IMG/VR virus record: IMGVR_UViG_3300011339_000264 | Location: 1 to 35,209 of that record | Direction: 5' to 3' (one strand) | Length of the DNA stretch: 35,209 bases | Source of the DNA: a virus | Taxonomy: Duplodnaviria > Caudoviricetes | Part shown: in pieces, positions 1-8,112 of the stretch | How positions within the stretch are numbered: position 1 is the first letter of the stretch | Layout of the letters: every line of letters starts with the position of its first letter | Notes under the pieces: model-generated | What the model saw: only the letters and a program-made list of their open reading frames with translations | Told to the model about the DNA's origin: nothing | Database searches by the model: none | Position numbers and translations under genes: made by a program

Positions 1-25
1 TTCTCTTGCAAGATGGAAGTGCTGA
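1..25 (+). CDS. 3' end of an upstream gene (..SLARWKC*), resembling the C-terminus of DUF6321-like small phage proteins (partial)
   Basis: The frame starting at base 2 reads tct ctt gca aga tgg aag tgc tga. The stop lies 1 nt before the next ATG (27). Only 7 codons are visible. Confidence 0.45.
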
Positions 26-26
26 C

Positions 27-197
27 ATGAAAGACGAAACTTTTAAGCACGTTATTGACGCGCTTTCTATCGTAACGGTAATCGGAACACTGGCGGACAT
101 GCTACCTTCTATTGCTGCCTTGTTCACCATCATCTGGACAGGAATTCGTATCTGGGAAACTGACACGGTCCAGCGCAGGATCAAGAGGAAAGAATAG
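27..197 (+). CDS. Small membrane protein, holin-like (56 aa)
   Basis: ATG at 27 is preferred over the track start at 6. Two hydrophobic segments (ALSIVTVIGTLA, IAALFTIIWTGI) and a basic C-terminus. The stop overlaps the GTG of the next gene. Confidence 0.65.
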   Translation: MKDETFKHVIDALSIVTVIGTLADMLPSIAALFTIIWTGIRIWETDTVQRRIKRKE

Positions 198-529
198 TGC
201 CTTCTACCTCAAAAGCTCAACACAAGTTCATGGCGGCTGTCGCACACTCACCGTCATTTGCCAAGAAAGCTGGCGTTCCGATGAGTGTGGGCAAAGACTT
301 TAACGAGGCCGACAAAGGCCGCAAATTTTCAAAAGGTGGTGATACTATGGCTACAAAGATGAATCCTTTCATGGCAATGATTGCCAAGAAAAAAGCTGGA
401 GCCAAACCTGAAATGCCCATGAAAAAGATGGCAACTGGTGGCTTTGTCCGTGCTGCTGACGGTGTTGCGTCTAAAGGCAAAACCAAAGCCAAGCAGATCA
501 AGATGAAAAGCGGCGGCATGGCCTGCTAA
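197..529 (+). CDS. Small basic Lys/Met-rich protein with three [FM]xxGG motifs; putative internal virion protein
   Basis: GTG start overlaps the upstream TAG. Contains FSKGG, MATGG and MKSGG, plus a C-terminal ADGVASKGKT motif. Confidence 0.75.
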   Translation: MPSTSKAQHKFMAAVAHSPSFAKKAGVPMSVGKDFNEADKGRKFSKGGDTMATKMNPFMAMIAKKKAGAKPEMPMKKMATGGFVRAADGVASKGKTKAKQIKMKSGGMAC

Positions 530-538
530 GGAGTTGAC

Positions 539-1318
539 ATGAAACCACGTAAGTTTGCAGACGAGGGGTTCGTTCGAGAGGGTGAAAACGAAAACATCGA
601 CGACGACACTCGTGCGCGTGCCCGGAAGTTTGTTGAGGGTGACAGCGCCCGTGTGTTTGCAAACCCCGACAGGTTTTCAGGCGCAAAGCCAAAAGTAGTC
701 ACCAAGGAAGAACTTGCCAAGTCTGGCTTGAGCCTGCGCGACTACATGAACCAGCAGCAAGGGCTGACACGGCGTGGGGGCGCAACTGCAATGCCTCGCA
801 CGGGGCAAGCTTCGAGCCCCATGTCCCGTGAAGACCTAATTTCTCAAATCCCACTTGATGCAACTCGAGCGCCGGTTGGCGGAGAGTCCGCCAGCGGTTC
901 CGAATTGGGGCGAAACGTCAGCAATACGCTAAACGCTTTGGCCGTATCTAAAGGCGTTCCAATGGCACAGATAGCAGCGGAAGCAGCTATGGGGACTCGC
1001 GCAGGGAAGGCGCTTAGTGGGCTTATGGGCGGAAAAAAGGCCGCAGAAGTGCAGCGGATTGAGCCCTCGATGTCCACTCTTAGCGCAGCCAAGAGAGCGG
1101 AGCTTGCCGGCGAACTTCGCCGCGGTGCAACACCCACCAAATTTACAAGCCCCAGCAAGCCAACAGCCTCCAAGAGAACTCGCAAGATGAACGACGACGA
1201 AGCAGGTGTGGAGTTCCGTAAAGGCGGCGGGGTCAAGAAGTACGCATCCGGTGGCTCCGTCTCATCCCGTGCAGACGGCATTGCGCAGCGGGGTAAGACT
1301 CGCGGCAAGATGTGCTGA
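539..1318 (+). CDS. Low-complexity protein with xxGG motifs and a C-terminal RADGIAQRGKTRGKMC motif; putative internal virion protein
   Basis: Strong SD (TAAGGAG) before the ATG; 259-aa ORF in operon order. Confidence 0.8.
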   Translation: MKPRKFADEGFVREGENENIDDDTRARARKFVEGDSARVFANPDRFSGAKPKVVTKEELAKSGLSLRDYMNQQQGLTRRGGATAMPRTGQASSPMSREDLISQIPLDATRAPVGGESASGSELGRNVSNTLNALAVSKGVPMAQIAAEAAMGTRAGKALSGLMGGKKAAEVQRIEPSMSTLSAAKRAELAGELRRGATPTKFTSPSKPTASKRTRKMNDDEAGVEFRKGGGVKKYASGGSVSSRADGIAQRGKTRGKMC

Positions 1319-1319
1319 T

Positions 1320-1607
1320 ATGAGAGCCTCCCGTGGCATGGGGGCCATTGACCCCAGCAAGATGCCTACCGGCAAGCGCAAGAAGCGCCGTGACGACACG
1401 GACTTCACGCAGTATGCTGAGGGTGGGGAAGTGAAGTCAAAGGTCAATGAGGCGGGCAATTACACCAAGCCGGGTCTGCGTAAACGGATTTTCAACAGCG
1501 TCAAAGCGGCGGCAATCGTAGGCACGGGCGCTGGGGAATGGTCAGCCAGAAAAGCACAAGTTATGGCTAAACGATATAAGGCCGCAGGCGGCGGGTATAC
1601 AGATTGA
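1320..1607 (+). CDS. DUF5872-like protein, N-terminal half (95 aa)
   Basis: ATG at 1320 lies 1 nt after the upstream stop (the track starts at 1206). Motifs YTKPGLRKRI and GEWSARKAQ..YKAAGGGY. Confidence 0.7.
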   Translation: MRASRGMGAIDPSKMPTGKRKKRRDDTDFTQYAEGGEVKSKVNEAGNYTKPGLRKRIFNSVKAAAIVGTGAGEWSARKAQVMAKRYKAAGGGYTD

Positions 1608-1837
1608 AAGCTCCGCAGCAATCGCTCAAGGACTGGGGCGACCAGAAGTGGCGCACCAAGTCTGGCAAACCGTCTTCCAAGACGGGGGAACGGTATTTGC
1701 CAGAGGCGGCTATCAAAAGCCTGAGCCCTGCCGAGTACGCTGCAACCACGAAGGCCAAGCGTGCTGGTAAAGCCAGCGGAAAACAGTTCGTAGCGCAACC
1801 TAAAGCAATTGCCAAGAAAACAGCAGGGTTCAGATAA
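1604..1837 (+). CDS. DUF5872-like protein, C-terminal half (77 aa)
   Basis: TTG start in a TTGA overlap. Motifs SLKDW..QKW, ERYLP and GKQFVAQP. Confidence 0.7.
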   Translation: MKAPQQSLKDWGDQKWRTKSGKPSSKTGERYLPEAAIKSLSPAEYAATTKAKRAGKASGKQFVAQPKAIAKKTAGFR

Positions 1838-2757
1838 TGACAACTTCAGGCGTCTCTAACTTTGACATGGACTTGAGTGAAGTCATAGAAGACGCATTTG
1901 AACGTGCGGGTTCTGAGCTTCGTTCCGGGTATGACATGCGTACGGCGCGGCGTTCCCTCAACATCATGTTTGCTGACTGGGCCAACCGGGGCATCAACAT
2001 GTGGACGATTGAGCAGGGGTCGTTTGCCCTGACGCAGGGGTTGAACACCTACGCGCTGCCGGTGGACACCGTGGACTTGCTTGAGCATGTCATCCGTACA
2101 AACGCCCACTCGACCTCCAACCAAGCAGACCTGACCATCACACGCATCAGTGTCAGCACCTACGCTACGCTGCCCAACAAGCTGACCCAAGCCAGACCCA
2201 TTCAAGTCATGGTGCAGCGCAACTCAGGCCAGACTTCAGCCACAACACTGACCCTCAACGGGGCCGTGACGGCCACAGCCACCTCTATCACACTGAGTTC
2301 TGTCGTAGGGCTTGCCGCTGCCGGGTACATCAAGGTGGACAGCGAGATCATCTACTACGGCTATATCGTGGGCAATGTCCTGACAGCTTGCTCCAGAGGG
2401 CAGGCAAACACCACCGCAGCCACGCACACGAGCACCACAGCGGTGTATGTATCAAACCCCCCTGCAATCACCGTCTGGCCCACTCCTGATGGCTCCCAGA
2501 CCTACACCTTCGTGTACTGGCGGCTGCGCAGGAACCAGAACGCTGGAGACGGTTCTGACACGATGGATGTTCCGTTTCGGTTTATACCTTGCGTAGCAGC
2601 CGGGTTGGCCTACTACTTGGCGCTCAAGCTGCCCAATGGCATGGAGCGCTTACAGGTTTTGAAGGCACAATACGACGAGGCGTGGCAGTTGGCGCAGGAT
2701 GAAGATAGAGAAAAAGCCGCCGTGCGATTTGTGCCAAGACAGATGTTCATGAGCTAA
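1837..2757 (+). CDS. Head-tail adaptor / tail tubular protein A-like, with an inserted beta-rich domain
   Basis: TAATG coupling. Helical N-terminus (ARRSLNIMFADWANRG), beta middle (ITVWPTPD..YTFVY) and helical C-terminus (GLAYYLA..YDEAW), as in gp11/gp4-type adaptors. Confidence 0.7.
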   Translation: MTTSGVSNFDMDLSEVIEDAFERAGSELRSGYDMRTARRSLNIMFADWANRGINMWTIEQGSFALTQGLNTYALPVDTVDLLEHVIRTNAHSTSNQADLTITRISVSTYATLPNKLTQARPIQVMVQRNSGQTSATTLTLNGAVTATATSITLSSVVGLAAAGYIKVDSEIIYYGYIVGNVLTACSRGQANTTAATHTSTTAVYVSNPPAITVWPTPDGSQTYTFVYWRLRRNQNAGDGSDTMDVPFRFIPCVAAGLAYYLALKLPNGMERLQVLKAQYDEAWQLAQDEDREKAAVRFVPRQMFMS

Positions 2758-2759
2758 TC

Positions 2760-3143
2760 ATGGGCAACAGGTTTGCGTCAGGTAAGAATGCGATAGCAGA
2801 GTGTGACCGCTGCGGGTTTCGCTACAAGCTGAAGGAACTGAAGAAGGAAGTTGTCAAGACCAAAACGTACAACTTGCTGGTGTGCCCAACCTGCTGGACA
2901 CCAGACCAGCCGCAGTTGCAGTTGGGAATGTACCCGGTAGACGATCCGCAGGGCTTGCGTGATCCACGCCGGGACTTGAGCTATGTGGTTTCTGGCTTGC
3001 TGGCAGACGGAAATCCGGGCGAAGGAAGCAGAGTATTTCAGTGGAACTGGAACCCGGTAGGCGGGTCTAGGGCCAACGATGACGGACTGACCCCCAACTA
3101 TTTGGTGGCAGAATTAGAACTTGGCTCAGTTACAGTAACCTAG
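2760..3143 (+). CDS. Zinc-finger (CxxC...CxxC) phage protein
   Basis: CDRC and CPTC pairs; lies in operon order. Confidence 0.75.
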   Translation: MGNRFASGKNAIAECDRCGFRYKLKELKKEVVKTKTYNLLVCPTCWTPDQPQLQLGMYPVDDPQGLRDPRRDLSYVVSGLLADGNPGEGSRVFQWNWNPVGGSRANDDGLTPNYLVAELELGSVTVT

Positions 3144-3151
3144 GAGTTGAT

Positions 3152-3340
3152 ATGGACAAGGCAGACATGAAGCAGGACAAGAAGATGATGGCCGGGGCCG
3201 TGCACAAGCACGAGAAGCGGCTGCACCCCGGCAAACCCATGACCAAGTTTTCCAAAGGCGGTAAGACGGACATGGACATGATGAAGTACGGGCGTGGCAT
3301 GGCTAAAGTAATGAACCAGAAATCTGGTCGCGGAGGCTAA
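3152..3340 (+). CDS. Small basic protein with an FSKGG motif
   Basis: SD TAGGAG; Lys/Met-rich like 197..529. Confidence 0.75.
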   Translation: MDKADMKQDKKMMAGAVHKHEKRLHPGKPMTKFSKGGKTDMDMMKYGRGMAKVMNQKSGRGG

Positions 3341-3341
3341 G

Positions 3342-3578
3342 ATGATCAACAACAAACAAGCAGCGGCCTATGCAAAGCCGCACACCATGTCTGGCAAAGC
3401 CGTGACCGTGGAAGCAAACCCCGGCAAGGGCAAAGACATGAGCATGTTGAACAACGCTCGTGCGTCGATTGGCCGCATCACCAACCAAGAGCAACCCGGC
3501 GTGAAGACATCGGGTATCAAGATGCGCGGCACGGGCGCTGCGACTAAAGGTCTGATGGCACGAGGCCCAATGGCATGA
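3342..3578 (+). CDS. Small basic protein with a C-terminal RGTGAATKG motif
   Basis: SD GGAGG; ATGA overlap with the next gene. Confidence 0.75.
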   Translation: MINNKQAAAYAKPHTMSGKAVTVEANPGKGKDMSMLNNARASIGRITNQEQPGVKTSGIKMRGTGAATKGLMARGPMA

Positions 3579-4237
3579 ACTACGCTGCGTTGGTTTCTGC
3601 GGTTTCCTCCTACACGGAGAACACCTTTCCTACGGTGGACATGAACCTGTTCATCACGCAGGCAGAGAAACGCATCTACAACACCGTACAGATTCCAGCA
3701 CTGCGTAAGAATGTGACGGGTATCACAACGGCGAGTAACAAATACTTGGCCTGCCCTGATGACTTTCTGTCTTCCTATTCTCTGGCGGCAATAGACCCGG
3801 TTACGGGGGCGTACACGTTCCTGTTGAACAAGGACGTAAACTTCATCCGGGAAGCGTACCCCAAGCCAACAACCACAGGGTCACCCAAGTTCTACGCTCT
3901 GTTTGGCCCCGCCGTGGCATCCAGCGTTATCACAACGGAACTCACGTTCCTCATTGGCCCCACTCCAGATGCTGCCTACAGCATGGAGCTTCACTACTAT
4001 TACTACCCGGAGTCCATCGTGACGGCCTCGACCACATGGTTGGGAGACAACTACGACCCTGTGCTGCTGTACGGGACACTGGTTGAAGCCTACACTTACA
4101 TGAAGGGTGAAGCCGACATGATTGGCCTGTATGACGGCAAGTACAAAGAAGCAATGGGACAACTCAAACGTCTGGGTGACGGGCTTGAGCGGCAAGACGC
4201 CTACCGCAGTGGGCAAGCTAGGGTGCCAGTAACATGA
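3575..4237 (+). CDS. Second head-tail adaptor/connector-like protein
   Basis: MNYAAL..FITQAEKRI, G.PKFYA, IGPTPDAAY, LLYGTLVEAY.YMK; same helix-beta-helix layout as adaptor proteins. Confidence 0.7.
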   Translation: MNYAALVSAVSSYTENTFPTVDMNLFITQAEKRIYNTVQIPALRKNVTGITTASNKYLACPDDFLSSYSLAAIDPVTGAYTFLLNKDVNFIREAYPKPTTTGSPKFYALFGPAVASSVITTELTFLIGPTPDAAYSMELHYYYYPESIVTASTTWLGDNYDPVLLYGTLVEAYTYMKGEADMIGLYDGKYKEAMGQLKRLGDGLERQDAYRSGQARVPVT

Positions 4238-4650
4238 GCATCGCCCAAACCCTGACCACATCCTTCAAGCAGCAACTGCTTGAGGCGGTGCATGATTTCT
4301 CCACAGACACCTTCTATATGGCGCTGTACACAGCCAATGCCGATATAGGGGCAGCTACCACCGTTTACACAGCAACGGGGGAGATTACAGGTACTGGCTA
4401 CACCGCTGCAGGTCAGGTGATGACCGGCATCTCAGTCAGTGTCAGCGACACCACCGCCTTTGTAAATTTCAGCAATGTTGTCTGGACTACTGGTGCGTTT
4501 ACAGCACGGGGTGCGCTGATTTACAATTCATCCAAGAGCAACAAATCGGTGGCAGTATTGGACTTTGGCGCGGATAAAACCACTACCTCATCGTTCACCG
4601 TTGTCATGCCAGCTAACACATCCACCGCTGCACTTATAAGGCTACCATGA
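4234..4650 (+). CDS. Minor virion/tail protein (paralog A)
   Basis: ATGA coupling; Thr/Ala-rich beta protein; aligns by eye with 4839..5339. Confidence 0.7.
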   Translation: MSIAQTLTTSFKQQLLEAVHDFSTDTFYMALYTANADIGAATTVYTATGEITGTGYTAAGQVMTGISVSVSDTTAFVNFSNVVWTTGAFTARGALIYNSSKSNKSVAVLDFGADKTTTSSFTVVMPANTSTAALIRLP

Positions 4651-4835
4651 TCACAACCACCAAAGGTCTGATGGACGAAGCCCTGCTGGACAAGCGGGAA
4701 GGCACCGTAGACAACGACAACGAAACCACGACATGGGTTGAATACTGGTTGGACGGCGAATTGGTACACCGTTCTGCACATGTGGCTCTGAAAAATCCCA
4801 TGCTTGCGGGTCTTGAAGCAGCTTCACTAGGATAA
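4647..4835 (+). CDS. Small conserved phage protein (WVEYWLDGELVHRS)
   Basis: ATGA coupling; fills the gap between the two paralogs. Confidence 0.7.
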   Translation: MITTTKGLMDEALLDKREGTVDNDNETTTWVEYWLDGELVHRSAHVALKNPMLAGLEAASLG

Positions 4836-4838
4836 ATC

Positions 4839-5339
4839 ATGGCGAACACGCAATCCCTTTGCACCTCCTTCATGGGCCAGTTGCTCAATGGCGGTCACCA
4901 ATTCGGCACTATCACCCTGACCAGCAGGACTAGCTTAACCGCACCCACAAAAGACACGTTTAAAGCGGCTCTGTACCTTGTCGGGGCCACAATGAACGCC
5001 TCAACCACGGCGTACAGCGCAAGCAACGAAGTCTCTTCAGCTAACTACACAGCGGGTGGCGAAACCATCACCAACGCTAATGTGCCGGTGGCTACCAATG
5101 CTTCAGCCACTGCGGGTGTGGCGTACTGGACACCTTCGGCAAGCATTGTCTATGGGGCAAGTGCAACACCCGTGACCTTCGCTGCTTTTGATGCGGTGCT
5201 GGTCTATAACTCCACGCAGGGTAATACAGCGGTCAGTGTCCACACCTTCAGCAGCCAAACGATCACGGCGGGTGTTTTTACGCTGACTATGCCGACTAGC
5301 TCAACGACCACTGCGCTTCTGCGGTTGTCAACAACCTGA
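4839..5339 (+). CDS. Minor virion/tail protein (paralog B)
   Basis: SD AGGA; shares TSF..QLL, DTF..ALY, YTA.G, YNS and ALLRL with 4234..4650. Confidence 0.7.
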   Translation: MANTQSLCTSFMGQLLNGGHQFGTITLTSRTSLTAPTKDTFKAALYLVGATMNASTTAYSASNEVSSANYTAGGETITNANVPVATNASATAGVAYWTPSASIVYGASATPVTFAAFDAVLVYNSTQGNTAVSVHTFSSQTITAGVFTLTMPTSSTTTALLRLSTT

Positions 5340-5343
5340 TGTC

Positions 5344-5874
5344 ATGTCTCTTGGCTGGGGCGATGGCACATGGGGTGAAAACGGATGGGGTGGCACACTT
5401 GCCATCACGGGCGTTGCAGCAACGGGAGCCGCTGGGTCAGTTGTAGCGCGTACTTCGGTAGCCCTGTCAGGCGTTGCTGCAACGGGGGCAGTCGGAACGG
5501 TTGTAGCAACGTCAGCCAGCGCAGAGACAGGGGCATTTGCCAGCGGGTTTGTCGGGACTGTAGCTCCAGAATTCTCGGTAGCTTTGACAGGTGTAGCATC
5601 TGCGGGTGCGGTAGGCTTTGTAGTCAATGGCATTTCAATGCCGCTGACAAGCGTAGTGGCATCCGGGGCAGTGGGGTCAGTAGCACCTAGCCACTCGCTG
5701 GCGCTAACAGGTGTGGCGGCAACAGGGGCAGTAGAAAGTTTTGGAATTGCTTTTTGGAGTGTTATAGATGACTCTCAGACACCAAACTGGGGAGTAATAA
5801 ATGTCCCGCAGACCCCCGCATGGGGTGTAATAGCAAATCCGCAAACACCCACTTGGCAAAATATTGCAACGTAG
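5344..5874 (+). CDS. Repeat-containing virion fibre/decoration protein
   Basis: N-terminal GWG.G.WG...WG motif, six ~20-aa LTGVAATGAVG repeats and three C-terminal 11-aa QTP.W repeats. Confidence 0.7.
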   Translation: MSLGWGDGTWGENGWGGTLAITGVAATGAAGSVVARTSVALSGVAATGAVGTVVATSASAETGAFASGFVGTVAPEFSVALTGVASAGAVGFVVNGISMPLTSVVASGAVGSVAPSHSLALTGVAATGAVESFGIAFWSVIDDSQTPNWGVINVPQTPAWGVIANPQTPTWQNIAT

Positions 5875-5883
5875 GAGAATTTA

Positions 5884-8112
5884 ATGTCAACATCATATAG
5901 TACGAATCTGGCTCTGGCACTTCCAGCTACGGGGGAACTGTCGGGCACATGGGGCACAACGGTCAACACCAATATCACCAACATGCTCGACGAGGCGTTG
6001 GGGTATCAGGCGTACTCAGCCACAGGGGGCGCAGACACGATTACCATCCCCGACGGCACTACAGGTGTAGCACGGAGTATCTACATCCAGCTTAACGGTA
6101 CAGGCGGCGGCAGTGTGGCGGTTCCTGCAACCAAGACGAAGATGTACTTTGTCTTCAACAACACTTCATCTGCCATCACGTTCAAAGTCACCGGACAGAC
6201 CGGGGTGTCTATCCCTGCTGCGGCAAAGATGGCCCTTGTCAGCAACGGTACAGACGTTATCGTTGCCCAGAACTACTTCGCAGCGTTGACCCTTGGAGCA
6301 GCACTCCCCGTAGCATCTGGCGGCACAGGGCTTACAGCAGGCACATCAGGCGGCGTACTGGCTTACACAGCCACAGGCACATTGGCATCATCTGCTGCAC
6401 TGGCAGCAAGCGCCTTGGTCATTGGCGGCGGGGCTGGTGCGGCTCCAAGCACTACAACCACAGGTACGGGTGTCGTCACAGCCCTCGGCGTCAATACAGG
6501 CACTGCCGGGGCGTTTGTCGTCAACGGCGGGGCACTCGGCACACCCAGCAGCGGCACAGTCACCAACCTGACCGGCACAGCCTCAATCAACATCAACGGC
6601 ACTGTCGGGGCTACAACGCCTACGACGGGGGCTTTTACTACGCTGAGTGCTACGGGTACGGCAACCTTGGGTACAGGTTTGGTTAGTTACGCGTTGGGTG
6701 GTGGCTCTGCCGCCGCCGCTGGTTTAACAGATAAAGATATAACACTCCGCGCATGGTCAGTATCATCCGGAACCAATGACTATTCGGGCGACTTGATACT
6801 ACAGTCAGGAGTTGGTACTGGTAATGGTAGCGGGAAACTAGGCAGTGTAATTATTAAAGCGGGTAATTCAGGGGCAAGTTCTTCAATCCTTGGCGCTTTA
6901 ACCACTATCGGCACATTCTCCTCCACCGGCCTAGCAGTCACCGGGACGCTGAGTGCTACGGGGCGGTCAGGCGTAACCATGTCGGGACAGACTTCTGCCG
7001 TAAGTCTTGGTCAGGTAAGTACCGACCCAACGTATGGATTGCTATCATTTAATGGAGCATTTGCAGCAACTACGTTAACTGGTATCTGGGGAGGTGCAGG
7101 TAGTCCAGATATGATAATCGGCGTCCCTACTGGCGGCAGCATATACAGCAGAGTAAACAATAGCACGGTCACCCTTCTCTCCTCCACCGGACTAGCAGTC
7201 ACCGGGACGCTGAGTAGCACCCTTGGCGCAAACCTTGCTACTAGCAGTGGGAGTGTTGGTGTTGGTAATTCTAGCCCCCAAGCACTACTTCATGTTGGCT
7301 CTGTAGTTGAAGCACCCGGTTTTGGTACTGCAAGTCAAATGTGTTATGTCAACGGCACAGTTCAACCAGAGGTATTGGTGCGAGAAACAACAAATAATGT
7401 TGTTGTGTCAATGTTTGCAGATTCAACTTCTGGGGCAATAAGAACAGCAACAAATCATCCACTTATCTTTTATACCAACAACACAGAACGCGCCCGTATC
7501 GGTTCTAACGGCTATAGTAAATTCAGCAATGTTGGAACATATAATGATACGGCAGGAAATTATCACGAATTTAGAGGCGACACTCAAAATAGTTATGTTG
7601 TAATTACAGCTTGCACCAACGCTACGCCTCTCTCTGAATTTATACAAGATTTTCGTTTTTCAGCGGCAACGCCTAATGATGGTAATGCAAGGTTTTGGAG
7701 TTGTACGGATGCAACCGCTGAAAGGGCTTATATCCGTTCTAACGGTGGTCTATCAAACTATTCAGCAAATGACACAAACTTGTCAGACCGCAGAGAGAAA
7801 ACAAACTTTGCCCCTGCCACTTCTTATCTTGACAAAATTTGTGCAATACCCGTTCAGACCTTCAACTACATTGACCAAAACCATGGAGAAGATGGTGGTC
7901 TGACATTAGGTGTCGTTGCCCAAGACGTTCAAGCGGTTGCTCCTGAGTTGGTGACTGAAAGCAATTGGGGTAGCAAAGAAGAACCAAAAATGCGCTTGTC
8001 AATCTATCAAACAGATTTGCAGTATGCGCTGATGAAGTGCATCCAAGAACAACAAGCCCTTATCACCCAACTGACCGCCCGTGTCGCTCAACTTGAAAGC
8101 AAACCATCATGA
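5884..8112 (+). CDS. Tail fibre protein with a C-terminal intramolecular chaperone (peptidase S74)
   Basis: SD AGGAG. N-terminal virion anchor (L.LPATGE.SGTWG..N.N), Gly/Thr-rich shaft, SDRREK autocleavage motif at 7783, G.VAQDV..V.PELV and a terminal coiled coil. Confidence 0.9.
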   Translation: MSTSYSTNLALALPATGELSGTWGTTVNTNITNMLDEALGYQAYSATGGADTITIPDGTTGVARSIYIQLNGTGGGSVAVPATKTKMYFVFNNTSSAITFKVTGQTGVSIPAAAKMALVSNGTDVIVAQNYFAALTLGAALPVASGGTGLTAGTSGGVLAYTATGTLASSAALAASALVIGGGAGAAPSTTTTGTGVVTALGVNTGTAGAFVVNGGALGTPSSGTVTNLTGTASININGTVGATTPTTGAFTTLSATGTATLGTGLVSYALGGGSAAAAGLTDKDITLRAWSVSSGTNDYSGDLILQSGVGTGNGSGKLGSVIIKAGNSGASSSILGALTTIGTFSSTGLAVTGTLSATGRSGVTMSGQTSAVSLGQVSTDPTYGLLSFNGAFAATTLTGIWGGAGSPDMIIGVPTGGSIYSRVNNSTVTLLSSTGLAVTGTLSSTLGANLATSSGSVGVGNSSPQALLHVGSVVEAPGFGTASQMCYVNGTVQPEVLVRETTNNVVVSMFADSTSGAIRTATNHPLIFYTNNTERARIGSNGYSKFSNVGTYNDTAGNYHEFRGDTQNSYVVITACTNATPLSEFIQDFRFSAATPNDGNARFWSCTDATAERAYIRSNGGLSNYSANDTNLSDRREKTNFAPATSYLDKICAIPVQTFNYIDQNHGEDGGLTLGVVAQDVQAVAPELVTESNWGSKEEPKMRLSIYQTDLQYALMKCIQEQQALITQLTARVAQLESKPS
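6917..7215 (+). repeat. 38-bp direct repeat (6917-6954 and 7178-7215, 37/38 identical); a linked 17-bp repeat at 6640-6656 and 6946-6962
   Basis: TCTCCTCCACCGG(C/A)CTAGCAGTCACCGGGACGCTGAGT occurs twice; ACGCTGAGTGCTACGGG occurs twice. Confidence 0.95.

Noticed and set aside
6-26. Track start of the first ORF at 6 (and of 1206..1607 at 1206)
   Set aside because: Both extensions overlap upstream genes. The ATGs at 27 and 1320, each 1 nt after a stop, fit the coupling pattern better.
6917-7215. Tail-fibre repeats as DGR TR/VR or invertase sites
   Set aside because: They are short direct repeats with a single mismatch and no adenine-specific pattern, and the window has no reverse transcriptase or invertase.
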